A stretch of DNA of 64,000 bases from Heterodontus francisci (Eukaryota). The stretch covers positions 76,197,300 through 76,261,299 of the forward strand of contig NC_090387.1 in assembly GCF_036365525.1 (NCBI RefSeq), written 5' to 3'. Every line of letters starts with the position of its first letter. Within the stretch, counting starts at the first letter, position 1. Of this stretch, positions 49,071 to 62,002 are shown one piece after another. The position numbers were made by a program, and so were the translations under genes. Under the pieces are notes generated by a model. That model did no database searches. It was given only the letters and a program-made list of their open reading frames with translations, and was not told the DNA's origin.

Positions 49071-50967
49071 AGCAACTGCTCCAGCCAACAACTCCCCCAT
49101 CTCTCCACCATTTCCCCAACCGTGGAATGTAGTGCATTTCCTGTTTCTTTGCCCACCATGCACTAACATTCTCTCTGTAAATGTCTCTGCTTCTGCATTC
49201 TCCCTTCCATAAAACTTTTGGTTTCTCCTTCCTAATACATCTTTTTTTGACTGGATGTATTTTTCTTTTCGGTTAGGTCTTTGGAAAACTCTTTAGGAGG
49301 TCTTTCGACTTTAAAGGCCTTATATAAATGTAAGTTGTCATTTGTGTCCTCCTCTTTATTTTTCCAGTCCTGATGAAGGGATATGGCCAAACTATTAACT
49401 TATTTGTTCCCTTGGGAGATGTTGATCGACACTGAGTATTTCCAACATGTTCTGTTTTACATTACATAGAATTACATGGAGAACATTCGCCCCAACTGGT
49501 CTATGCTGCTATTTATGCTCACATGAGCTTCCTCCCACCCCTTTTCATCAATCCCTATCAGCATATTCTTCCATTTCTTTTTCCCTCATATGCATATCCC
49601 GCTCCCCTTTTAAATACATCTCTGCCATTCACCTCAACTACTCAATTTTCTACTCATTCGGTAAAAGTTTCCCCTGAATTCCATCTTGGATATATTTATG
49701 ACTATCTTATATGTCTACCCTCTAGTGCTGGACTCCCTCACAAGTTGAAACATTTTCTCTTGGCCTACTCTATCAAACCCGCTCATAATTTCAAAGACCT
49801 CGATCAGGTCACCCCTCAGCTTTCCCTTTTCTAGAGAAAAGAACCTCAGACTGTTCAACCTTTCCTGATAAGTCTATCTTCTCAGTTCTGGTATTATCCT
49901 TGTGGATAGTTTTGCACCTGTTCCAGTGCTTGTATATCCCTTTTTTAATATGGGAAGTAGAAATGTGCACAGTGCTTCAAGTATAGTCTAATCAAGATGC
50001 AACACAAGTTTAACATAACTTTGCTGCTTTTTAATTCTATCCATTTAGAAATTAACCCAATACTTGTCTTACTTTTTCTGGCCTTATTAATCTGCGTTAC
50101 CTGCTTTTAGTGATTCATGGAGTTGCACCACTAACTCGTTTCTTCCCTCTGCCCCAATTAGACTCTTATTATCCAAGCAGTATGTGGCCTCCTTACTCTT
50201 CCTACCAAAATGCATCGCCTCACGCTTATCTATATTGAAATTCAATTGCTAATTACACACCCACTCTGCAAGTTTATTACTGTCTTCTTGTATTTTGCTG
50301 CATTCTTCCTTAGTATTAATCATAGCCCCCTTTTTAGTGTCACCACAAATTTTGGTTGTGCTACCGATTTCTGAGCTTTGGCTTCAGATTTCCAGCAGTT
50401 TATATATTTTTTCTTTTTTGCATGGTCATGCTGCTGAGTTGGTGCGAGGCCAGGCTGACAAAGGCCTGTAGTGTTTCTGTGAAGCCTAAAGAGGCACCCT
50501 TGCTCTTTTCAGCAGTTGAACGCTGCAACAAGGTGACATAAATTTAAAATTAAAGCCAGGCCATTCAGGAGTGAAACCAGGAAACACCCTTTCCCACAAA
50601 GACTCACAGAAAGCTGGAACCATCTTTCCAAAAGGCTGTGAATATTTGGAAAATTGGAGCCTTCAAGACAGAGATGGTAGATTTATGTTAGTTAACAGTA
50701 TCAAGGGATACAGAACGAAGGTAGCTAAATGGAGTTGAGGTGCAGACCAGCCATGACCTAATTAAATGACGGATCAGGGTCTAGAGGTTGAATAATCAAT
50801 TCCTGTTCTTATGGCATGGCTACAGAAACTATTTAAAACCCTTCCACCCCATTAATCCCACTTTTCCAAAGGAAAAATGTACCTTTGTTTCTCCAGGTTT
50901 CACAGCTCTCTCACAGATGTTACATGGGAGATGGCAGAACACTGCTCGAATTATTGGCTGTACATCT

Positions 50968-53900
50968 TGTTATGATCCTGTAGTTTTTCCCCCCAGGAGG
51001 AATGTGGTGTACCTTTAAGGCTGACAAAGTAGCTGTACTGCTTTAAGGCAACAAGTCCCAGAAACTGAGTCAAAGAATGCATTCTCCTTGCCCCGGGATA
51101 CAGCCATTCGGGGACGGTGATTGCAAGAGGGCTTTCTGGTTGCCTGAGATACAGCCATTCAGACTGAGCATCAAGAGATACATTGTTGCCGGATCTGAAT
51201 TTAGATCAGGACCCAGTGAGAGCTTATTTAAATTTATTTCGGCTCTTCCTAATTTTGAGGAAAGGGACGTAGAGGCATTTTTCATATGTTTTGAAAAAAT
51301 AGCCAAACAGGTGAAATGGCTGAAAGAAAGCAGGATACTGCTTATTCAGGTCAGGTTGGTCGGCAGAGCTCATGAAGCTTATGTCATGCTTTCTGAAGAG
51401 GCTTCTTCAGATTATGAGATAGCAAAAAAGGCTATTCTCCCTGCGTAAGAGTTAGTCCCCGAAGCTTACTACCAGAGGTTTAGGCAAATACGGAGATTGG
51501 CTGGGCAGACATATATAGAATTTGAGAGGGTGAAGCAAATGAAGTTTGACCATTGGATACGGACATTAAAGATAGAAACCACATTCTTTCAGTAGTGAGA
51601 ATTCATATAGATACCTGAAAGTTTTGAAAGCTAGGAAAGCAGCAGAGATTTCTGATGATTTTGAGCTTGTGAATAAGCCAACCTATTTTGTCCATCACCC
51701 CCATAAAGGATAGAAAGTATGAGAGTGAAAGGAAGGCAAGTAGCCAGGGACAAGAAGGAACAGCTGGGAAGGCCCCAGGATCACCTCATCAGGTCAGAAA
51801 AGAAGGTGCTGAAGGTAGATGTGAGATTTGCAAGCAATGTTACCAGTGCAACAAAACGGGTCATCTTCGTTCAGAATGCTGGAAATTGCGAGGTAAACCC
51901 ATAGGACTTGTTCGGGTACGCAAAGTTAGTGCAGAGGAAAAGACTCTGACTGAGATTATAGCAGACCAGACTATGGCTTAAATGACAGCTGTGAATGTGA
52001 AACCAGATACTAAAACTGGAAGGTGTGTAGAGGTTAAGAATAAAATGCCTGCGGGTTATAATGAATTTTTGTCAAAGGCAGAAGAACACCATATCATGTA
52101 AGTGAGGCAGGAAAACCTATCATTATACTCAGAGCCACAGGAGCAAACCAAACACTCTTGCTGGGGAAAGATATAAGGTTTCCACCAGAGAGTGCCTTGA
52201 ATGCTAAAGTTTTAGTCCCTGGAATTGGCGGGGTGTGTATAAAGTACGCGTAGAGAGTGACTTACTATCTGGGATAGTTACTGTTGGTGTTGCCCACAGT
52301 TTACCAGTAAAGGGAATTGATCCACCCCTAGGAAGTGATTTGGTAAGATCAAAAGCATCAGTTTCTCCTATCGTTACCAAGTGAAATTAAGGAAATGGAG
52401 CAGTTACAGGAAAAGGCCCTCTAATTATATGGGGTGCTGGTGGATTCGTGGTAATGCCACTGGACTAGTAATCCAGAGGCCCTGGTTAATGCTCTGGGGA
52501 CATGGGTTCGATTCCTACCATGGCAGATGGTGAAATTTGAATTCAATTAATAAAAAAATCTGGAATTAGATGTTAGTCTAATGGTGACCATGAAACCATT
52601 GTCGATTGTTATAAAACCCATCTGTTTCACTAATGTCCTTCAGGGAAGGAAACTACCATCCTTGCTGATCTGGTCTATATGTGACTCCAGACCCACAGCA
52701 AAGTGGCTGACTCTTAACTGCCTTCTGAAATGGCGTAACAAGCCACTCAGTTCAAGGGCAATTAGAGTTCAAGGGCAATTAGGGATGGCCTAGGATCCCA
52801 CGAAAAAAAAACATTCCCGAGCAATGGCTAAACAGGATCCATTGTTGGAGATAAAAGTGGCATATTTGGGGATTTAGATAATCCAAATGAGTTGTGTAAC
52901 AGATTGTCTATCCTTGCAGCCCAGCAAGCTGATCCAGAGATATACCGAATAACACAGATGGTTCTGTCAGAAACTGAGGCAAAAGGAGTTCTGGAAGGCT
53001 ATTATATGCTAAAAGGAGTTTTGAGGAGGAAATGGAGACCACCTCATAGACCTGCCAACCAAGACTGGAATATCGACAAGGATTATTAAGGTTAGCACAA
53101 GACATTCCTTTTGCAGGACATAGGGGAATTCGGAAGACCAAACCATGCATAATTATTACTGGCCAGGTCTTACAAAGGATGTGAAACAATTTTGTAGGAC
53201 ATGCCATACCTGTCAAATGGTGGGAAAACTACAACCTACCATAAAACCAGCACGACTAGTTCCCATACTCCCAGCGACTGAGAAACCATTTAGCAGGGTA
53301 TTAGTAGGCTGTGTAGGACCCTTGCCGAAATCAAAAGTGGATCATCAGTGCATACTTACTATCATGGATATGGCTACTTGATTTCCAGAGGCCATTACTT
53401 TGACGATAATTACTGCTGGAGTAGTAGTAGTACGGTTAACCCAATTCTTTATGAGATATGGGATGCCACTTGAAATTCAATCAGATAAAGTTTCTAATTT
53501 CATGGCTGGGATATTTCAAGAAGTCATGGATAATTTGGGGATTAGACAGTTGAAATCTTCAGCCTATCACCCACTGTCACAGGGAGCTTTGGAGAGATTT
53601 CACCAGACTCTCAAAACGATGATTAGAACATGCTGTTACGAATATCCACCTGACTGGGATAAAGGATTATACTTTTATTTGCCAACAGAGACTCAGCGAA
53701 TGAATTTTATGGACATGAAGTCAGAGATCCTCTAAAACTTATAAAGGACATATTCTTGGAACAGAAGAATGAATCGTCGCTACTAGACTGTGCTCCAGGA
53801 AAGGCTCATAAAAGCTTGTTGTGTAGCTCAGGAACACCTTAAATCATTCCAAGCCAATATGAAAAATTGGGCAGAAAAGAATACAAAAGCCTGTGATTTT

Positions 53901-55360
53901 CAACCAGAAGATGACGTATTAGCGTTGTTACCATTGCAGGGAGAACCATTAAAAGTACGGTTCAGTGGCCCATATATAGTGGTCAAAAGAGTGGGTCAGG
54001 TAGATTACATCATTTAAACCCCTGATCGCCAGAAGAAGAACCGGTTGTGTCACATTAATATGCTCAAACAATATTACTGCAGGGAGGAGAATAAGCCAGT
54101 ACAGGTATGTTAGGTAAGCGGGGCTGTTCAGAAGGAAAATGACAGTGAGGATGAGGCAGAAGTTGGCCTAGGAAATTCTCAGATTGAACCTCCAACTATT
54201 TGATTAGCAAATACAGAATGGCGAGGAAAATTAAACAATCGGCTTTTATACTTAGAGGCAAAACAGTGAGAAGTCCTAACCAGGGTTTTCACAACGTTTC
54301 AAACAGTTTGTAGGGATAAGCTAGGATGTACAACCTTAGCCATAGATGATGTGGGTATAGGGGGAACCATTCCTTTAAAACAACATCCTTGCTGCTTAGG
54401 TCCAGACAGACAGGCCCAAGTGGAAGCAGAGTACAATGCATGCTGAAGGTCAGCTAGTTGAACCCAGTCAGGACAGCTGGAATTCGCAGATGGTCTTGAT
54501 GTCTAAACCTGGTGGGATGGCTCAAACTTGCATAAACTCTAGAAAAGTCACTGTGGTAAAAAGGCAGACTCCTATCCAAATTCTTATCCAAAGGACTGAA
54601 TGGGCAGCGTGGGCAACATAATGTACCTTAGAGAGGCAACCGTGTAGGAGGGATACTGCTAAATTCCTTTGACACACCAGGGTGACAAAAAATCAGCTTC
54701 TGTTACACCGGACAGGGTTTTCCAGTGTCAAGTGATGCCACATAGGTTAAGGGGTACTCGAGAAATTTCTCAGAGAATAATGAACCCAGTAGTGGCGAGT
54801 GCTCCTAGCTGTGCAGTTCACCTGGTTGAGGTGATGGACAATAGGGAGATTTGGAAGGAAAACACAAAACAATTGGTAGACAATGCTTGGAAATTTGACA
54901 TGGGTTAATTGGGACAATCTTTTGAAAATTTAAAGCCGAAATGTTCTGGTGGAGCTTGTTGCTGTAGTCTTAACATTTTAGAAAAGTGCGTGCCTACAAA
55001 TGTGAAGTAATGTTTTTGCGTTTTTTCTTTCACGTTGTATTTTTTACCCATTGTAATGAAATGCATTTCAAAAATGGCGTTTCATTATGCCAGGGGCGAA
55101 GGTGTTATGATCCTGTAGTTTTTTTTCTGGAAAGAATGCGGTGTGCCTTTAAGGCTGGAAAAGGAGCCATACTGCTTAAAAGCAACAAGCTCCAGGAACT
55201 GAGTCAAAGAATACATTCTCGTTGCCCCATGATACAGCCATTCGGGGACTATGATTCAAAGAGTCCATCCTCGTTGCCCAGGAGGCAGCTATTCGGACTA
55301 AGCATCGAGAGATATATTGTTGCTGAATGACCTTTAAAACTAATTGAAAAGCTGGCTTTT
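50968..55360 (+). mobile_element. Second Gmr1-like Gypsy element with both LTRs truncated
   Basis: LTR starts TGTTATGATCCTGTAG at 50968 and 55103 with purine tract at 55091-55102; gag CYQCNKTGHLRSEC, protease, integrase (HHCC, EIQSDKVSNF, GALERFHQTLK, FSGPY), then RT; SINE inserted at ~52430-52810. Confidence 0.92.
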
Positions 55361-55363
55361 GTG

Positions 55364-56236
55364 AGCCGTAGTGCAAAACTGGCGACAGCGAAATATTTTT
55401 GAATTCTGCCTAATTCGCTTTCCCACAATGAAAATAACAAATCGGACAGAGCGTAAAACGCGCTGCAGATTCGCGATGGCCCGAATCATGCTGCTGTCCT
55501 TATGTTAGGAGGCTTTTGGACTCAAGGGAGGGGGACATCACAGCCAAACACTATCCTAAACTCCACACATGAAATCTTTCTGAAGGAATCACTGATAGTG
55601 ATCGGGAGATTGGCCTGGTTGATTCCACCCTTCCGAGGAAATAATTACGTAACACGAATCTACTGCCCCACCTGCAAAATCAGCTCATTCAGCAAGTCGT
55701 AGGATGGAATCTGAGATCTTCCTACACTGTGCATACATAACAACAAGACCATTGGTTATTGGCTATGTTAAACCAGAAACAGATTGGGAAGTGCACTTGT
55801 TTCAACCTTTATCGAGTTTATCGGGTTATCCCCAGTCTAATAATAGCAGGATCATCAGCAATTCATTTTGTTGGTAAGCATGGTTAAATCAGACTCCAAT
55901 CTAACTTACAGGTTATCAATAAACAAACATCTGGTAGATTGATTCTATTGATCTTTGCGGACACGTTTTCTGGTCACCCTGGCCTAAACATAAAATATGG
56001 TTCTGAATATTTTACTGAATTGCTCAATATGTATTGACCAAGCTGAACAGTCCGGAAAACAAAGTGCGGAGGGAGGTATCTGCTCTCGCTTGGTGTAGCC
56101 AAATCACTATATAACAACAATGCATTTACAATATCCCCAAACATACATCAGAACAATTCTTCCTCATTTGAAGCAACCTGAGTGCCAGTCGTTGCTCAGT
56201 TGGTAGGACTCTGCTTCTGTGATGCAAGGCTGTGGG
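55364..56236 (+). repeat. Local segmental duplicate of ~444-1328
   Basis: Colinear, diverged copy over ~0.85 kb; ORFs 580-780 and 55502-55702 are near-identical translations of the non-coding copies. Confidence 0.9.
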
Positions 56237-59200
56237 TAGTTAACTTACCTCCCGATCCATCAGAACTGCTGAAAGTGAAGGGACGAGAATGATATTTAAC
56301 TCTGAATAATATGGGAGCTGATACCCAGTATATTAATGTCGCTGTTTCTACATAAACCCCCCACTATCCCCTTCTGAGCAGGATCACTGCCAGGGTTCTA
56401 TACACGGGAGGGGAATTCATGCAGAAATAGAGAGGAGGTTTAGGACAGAGAAGCGCTCACTGGGGTACTAACCTGTGGAAAGAATGGGTTTATTGGGCCG
56501 AATAGGCTTCTTGTTTTTATGTTTATTCACACTGCTCTTTCAGGCTGTGTATTTCATGTACAAGTCCTTGTTGGGTGTTGTTGAACACTGGTACTAGGTT
56601 CTTCCTGTTTGTGGGCACACATTGTATGGTTTGCTCTAAAATGTGCTCCAATGCGATGTGTCTAATAAATGTTTGTTAACTCAAATTGTTGTAATTAATT
56701 TACTGTTTTACTCCGATGTGATCGGTTGTTGGGGCAGAGAAGGATGTCGAGGGACAGATATGGCATCGGTAACGAGCACCTCCCTCCCCCCATTCCTCGA
56801 AATCACACTGTGAGATTCTAGTGAATGAATCCTTGGCATGTTCTTCTGAAGTACCTTCCTTTACTATCTTGGCAGGTTTTCCACTGCTTAGAGGCAACTA
56901 ATTTTTTTTTGTGCCTTTCTTGGCCCTGTCATTTTCTCCAACTACCGCTCATCACTAACTTGTTTTTTCTCTCTGAGACGCTGCCAATCGTTGCCATTTC
57001 CACTGCTATCTCTTCCACTATTCCCAGCCTGAAACCCTGCATCCAGGCTTCGACAACATAAATCACACTGGTCGGAGTAACTTATAAAGTTGGTTGTAAC
57101 AGACCACGGCTGGCTGTCCCGCAACCTCCCCATTGTCTTCAGCACTATTAACTGCACCACTCCCTAACAGTGTCTATATCCATGGCATTGTTCTCACAGG
57201 ATTCCAATCTACTTGTCACTTCATTCAGTTTATATTACCACCAGTCGCGCGTCTATTCGCATGTCGGCGCAGTCACTGCTGTATATCCCTATGCTACATG
57301 TTTGGTACCATTACCTTCATTGATTTTCAATCCTTTTGTTACATCAGCATGTGGACCGATGATTCTCTGCTCTAACTATCGCTTCTCTTGATCTCAAAGG
57401 TGTCAGTCACCACTTCTGCAGATGGCTTTCTGATCTTTAGATATGGATCTGTCAAAATTACCTCCAGCTAAATGTCGCTAAAACTGAAGAAGCTATCTTC
57501 ACTTTTTATGAACCCCTACATATCATCAAACTGGCCAGCGGCCTCGGATCAAGGCTTGAAATGTGGATCCTTGGTGTACTGCTCAAATCCAGACTCAGTC
57601 TTCTTGGCCACCCTTTCATCCCCCTGGACCTCTCTCTCCGGCACCTACAACATTTTATCAATTCATCCTCGCCTTCAAATGCCTCCTCTATCCTTGGTTT
57701 TCTCATTCCCTCTCTTTGACCGGTGCTCTGCAAAGAGCCTTGGGACGTTTCTTTGCATATAGCGAGCGCTACAGAAATGGAAGTTCTGTTACTAAAATAG
57801 CAGAAGGAATTTGAGAAATTCCCAGTAATCCCGTAATGATTTCAAAGCCTCGACTGGTCTAACGCGTGTGGGATATGGGATACAATTAACAGGTTGAATA
57901 CATTTTACAAGTGGGTTCCTGCCAGTACTGCAACAGTTCAAGTCGTTCACCAGGCTGCTCTCTGTTTTCAGTAATAAACTCCATTGCCTATTCAAGTTGC
58001 ACCGTTACATTTCAAGCACTCAGTAGCAGTAAGGAGCAGCCCCGCTGATCGCCATTCTTGTTACTGATGAAATCTTGCATCCAAACCCAAAAAACGTCAT
58101 GAATAACTTCAAAGTATCATAACACTGACCAGTTTCTGCTCTTTGGGTAAAGGGTAAAGCACAGTTCAGCCAGGTTACTGAGTTGGATAATTAGCCATGA
58201 TCATAATGAATGGCGGAGCAGGCTCGAAGGGCCGAATGGCCTACTCCTGCTCCTATTTTCTATGTTTTTATGTTTCTATGTAATATAGCCTGCTTTTTTC
58301 GTCGTTTAATAGCCAGATAGCGAACAGACCTTTTATCCTCTGCACTTACAAGGCGAGGCAAGAAATCCTGAGAGAAACGTGTGAGCTGTGTATAGGTGGC
58401 AATCTGAGGGATGAAAAATGCAGCTCAAATGTCCACATTGCCACATGAAAGATGGATTCACAGTTTCATTCCCTTATACCAGTGATCATGTTAAAAGTAC
58501 CTGAAGATTAACTGTCTTCCCTCGCAGAGGCGGCGCGAATACTAACTAATGCTCAACACCAGATTTCAACACCTGGAACTGCGAATGAGACTAACTGCTT
58601 GCAGAAAAATGTTGAATCTTTCCATCCAATGAGACGCGAATTATTTCCTCCTGTACTTGCTGAGGCAGACCTTTGTTTGCAAATTATTTCATTTAATATT
58701 CTTGGAATGTTTCCGATTGCATTGACATTAAATCCAGTTCAAAATTAGGAGCAACGCTCTTGACAGATTAATGGAGCGGAAAGCGGCGCTCAAACCTCAT
58801 TCGTTGTATGAGAAAACAAGTTAATAGCTCCGATAAAATGACAGAGAGGAAGTGAATATAAACGTCCAAGTGTTGGTGTAATATTACAAACGCACACACG
58901 TGTTAAAAACTATTAATTATTGAGATATTATAACATAAAACAAACGAGTTAACTCATCCATTAAATAATTGTTAGAGGAATTTTAATATACACCATAGTA
59001 TGTAATTTTCAGGCTGAAGTGTTTTTAAAAAAAAACTCAACAGACGCTTGCAGATTTATTCACTTTTGTTGATTATATGAGTTTTTTCATTCGGGATTTT
59101 TAAAATTGATTTTGATTTAGTTTGTGCATTTTGCCTGAATGTTTGGTGGTCAGCTGGGGAGGAGAGCAAACACACTGGGTGTCCAAATATTAAATACAAA

Positions 59201-59997
59201 TCAAGGAATGGGGAGTGTGTGGGAAGGGGTGGAAGAATCCGTTCATGCTCGGATACAAATAATTACAAACTGACTGGCAATATTTGAAAAGAGATGAATT
59301 TATTAGCGAAAGCAGGTAAGAATTGAGGGGAAATAATGCAGACATTCCATGGGATAGTTCAGCCGGGACAGCTTTCACCCTGAAGAGAAAGTGCCCTCTC
59401 CGCTGTGGGGAAAACGTTCAGTGGGAGCTGCAGTTACTGGTCTGGGAATTGAATACACACTGACTCGTCATCAGGTGGCAGCTCCCAGAGGTGGCAACCG
59501 GAGCTCGGACCTTATACAAACATTTCATAAAATCCTGGGTTTCTTTTACTGTAGACAGACACCGGCCTTTCTCCAACGGGTAATCGATTTTTGTGGAGTT
59601 TTCTAGCCCAGGAGATGTCTGTAACAACTCAGTAACATAGTTTCTAACTCCCTCCCCTCTTTCTCCTCACAGCTATACTCCGTGAGTGAAATGATCCTGG
59701 TCTCAATAACAGAAACCAATGGATCTTAGCTCTGGATCCCGGCTCTATCGGTCTGAATTCACTCCTGTGAGAGCCACTATGCCTGGTGCCAGCACTGGCT
59801 TAGTGATTTCAGCGTAAATCTTTAGATCATTGCGAAGGCTCCAATCTATCACCCTCTCACTAACTTGCAACATGGCTAAGAATTGAAAAGCATAACAAGC
59901 ATCCAATGGCGGGAAGAGCTGCGGCTACATTTCCGGATCTCTCCCACTGCGCGAGATCTTTCCAGCAGGGGGTTTTAAATTCAATGTGATTTCTTAC

Positions 59998-60315
59998 CGG
60001 TTACCTGGAGCCTTGTGCCGGTGCCATTCCCCACTTTGTCCGCTATCTTCACTTTGCAGTAATACGTGCCGGAGTCCGAGACATCCACATTGAAAAGGCG
60101 AAAGACGGCGCTAGCTCGATTTCGAATTTCAAACTGATACCTGCTGTCCTTTTTCGACTTGAGGAAGCTTTTCTCACCGTCCTTCCACCAGTGCACTCGG
60201 ACACTGAATATATCTTTAGCAAACGGGAAGCTGCAGTAGAAGGTCACATTGGCACCTATGCTATCGTTCAGATAAGGGGGGTACTGTTGCACATTGAGCC
60301 TGGGAGCACCGGTAA
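59998..60315 (-). CDS. Gene A exon 2: V-set Ig domain with germline-joined J-like segment
   Basis: Acceptor TTTCTTTCTCGACAG, donor GTAAGA, 318 nt, phase 1-1; VTGAPRLNVQQYPPYLNDSIGANVTFYC...VHWWK...DSGTYYCKVKIADKVGNGTGTRLQVT with canonical Cys/Trp/DxGxYxC and GxGT motifs. Confidence 0.93.
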
Positions 60316-60647
60316 CTGTCGAGAAAGAAACAGTTCAATTTATATAGAAAACAACAGAAAGGCTGCAAATACTCAGGCAGAATGAGGGCATTGACATTGA
60401 CAATAGTAACATTTCATGCTATTAATCTTTTATCAGAACTGGCAAAGGTTAAAGATTTACATCGCGCCTTCCGACCATCTAAATGATTGGGGCAGCATTA
60501 AGAGAGAATGGAGAAGGGAAGAAACTTTCAAACAGAGAAGAGGGAATAAACAGAAGTAGAGGCGGAGCAAAACAGGGTAAAATACATTCGTAAAATCTCT
60601 TTATGCAAAGAATAAGGGTTCTATTCTGGTGAAGCAGCTTGACTCAC

Positions 60648-60693
60648 CTGCAGAGACGATTGCTAGGATGAGCAGGAGAATACAGCTGGACAT
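60648..60693 (-). CDS. Gene A exon 1: signal peptide of V-C1-TM-ITIM Ig-superfamily receptor (SIRP/NCR3-like)
   Basis: ATG at 60693, MSSCILLLILAIVSA plus 1 nt, then GTGAGT donor; 46 nt, phase 1; hydrophobic leader 332 bp upstream of the V exon. Confidence 0.88.
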
Positions 60694-60759
60694 GTTGAGA
60701 GGTAGCAGTTAGACTGCTGCAGCTGATACTAGGGACGAGAGAGCCCCGGAGTCAAGCTC

Positions 60760-60965
60760 ACTTCAAGTTGCGGTTTGTACACAGCGCCTGGCTTCTCTCA
60801 CTGGCTGCCTGCACTGCAGATGGAGCATTGGTTACACATACACAGAGAGTGCGCTGACAAACTGCTAAATCCCCCTGAAAGATAAAAGCGGAAGTATTAT
60901 TAGAGGTTAGGTCACCAACTACCCCTCCCCAACCTCCTCCCAACCCCAAACCTGCCCGCCCGCTA
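60760..60965 (-). promoter_or_regulatory. Putative gene A proximal promoter with ETS, GATA and RUNX motifs
   Basis: CGGAAGT (60889-60895) next to AGATAA (60880-60885), TGCGGTT (60769-60775) and a GC-rich tract near 60950, all within ~270 bp of the ATG; motif matches only. Confidence 0.4.
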
Positions 60966-61322
60966 TGTCCACACAGCCCACTTGCCAATACCTGCTAATC
61001 GTCAGAGGGAAACCGCTACTTTCCGTGATTCTTTACCGGTCCGAATCCCATTCCGTGTGATATTGTCCCGGTCCTGGGAGACCGGTACCTCCCCAGCAGG
61101 GAGATGTCCCAAGGTCTCTCTGAGTGAGCAGCGAGGCAGAGTAACCCCGGAGCTTTCCTTCTGCATGTAACAGGCAACAGGGACAGATCCCAGAGACTCC
61201 CTGTGTCTATAACCTGTCCCCCTCCAGCCAGCTCCATGACTAGCTCCAGCAAAATCCCAACCAGCTCCAGATACTGAAGCCATCCTCTCACCCCACTAAG
61301 CTCCTGGGCTCCGATCCCGAAA

Positions 61323-62002
61323 TGTGACAATCCCCATTCCCGAACATTGTGGAACTGTTGTCCTTATTTGGGGAACTGACCATTAAACCAGAACATGGAA
61401 CAAAACATTAAACCACTGCGCTCCAATCCCAAAATGGTCGCAACCTTTGCCCACTCACACAATTACACACACATGCATACACAAGAATAGATGGATAGAG
61501 AGAAAGGGTAGGATGCAATTGAAATCCAAGGCAATCTAAGAGTTCATGATTTACAAAATACTGTTGAATCTTCTCAGAAGAAAAGTCTTTTTTAAAGGTG
61601 CATGCCTGAATTTTGCAGTCTTGAATTTGTTGAGGTATTGTAGAGTTCTAATGGTTAAAACCCAGCCAAAGTTGGCAGTGTTAATTTGGTTTGCCTTCAT
61701 GGATGGAGAGTCTCAAAATCAGTTTGTAATTTCTCTGCTGTAGTGGTTGTTCAGTTCTTGTTCAGCAGGGTTCTTCTGTTTAGCTGTGTGTCTCAGCCTC
61801 TGCAGTCTTGGCCTGATCTCACACTCTCTCTCTCTGTCTCTCCGTCTCTCTCCAGAGGGTTACCTTTTAAGGTCAACATCCATCACATTTGAGTTTCTGT
61901 TAGGTGACACATGGCCCTCTGCCCTTGTCTGAGCACACAATGGATCAGGATATGAAAACCATGGCTATCTATTGATGCCTGAATGGGGACCATTCTGTTA
62001 TA
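61323..62002. mobile_element. Possible solo LTR of a different family, just upstream of gene A
   Basis: Begins TGTGACAATCC, has LTR-like composition, ends near CTGTTATA; boundaries uncertain. Confidence 0.3.

Noticed and set aside
56700-57370. Possible retroelement-derived coding remnant
   Set aside because: No motif could be identified with confidence
42000-59900. Additional V or C1 exons in the 18-kb intron
   Set aside because: Manual scanning found no Ig motifs; a highly decayed exon cannot be excluded without TBLASTN
59900-60320. Rearranging Ig/TCR V segment
   Set aside because: V and the J-like motif are in one exon followed directly by a splice donor; no heptamer/nonamer RSS was seen, and the gene ends in an ITIM tail
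29336-60693. Assigning the symbol NCR3 or SIRPA
   Set aside because: The architecture (one V, one C1) matches neither exactly; orthology needs phylogeny and synteny
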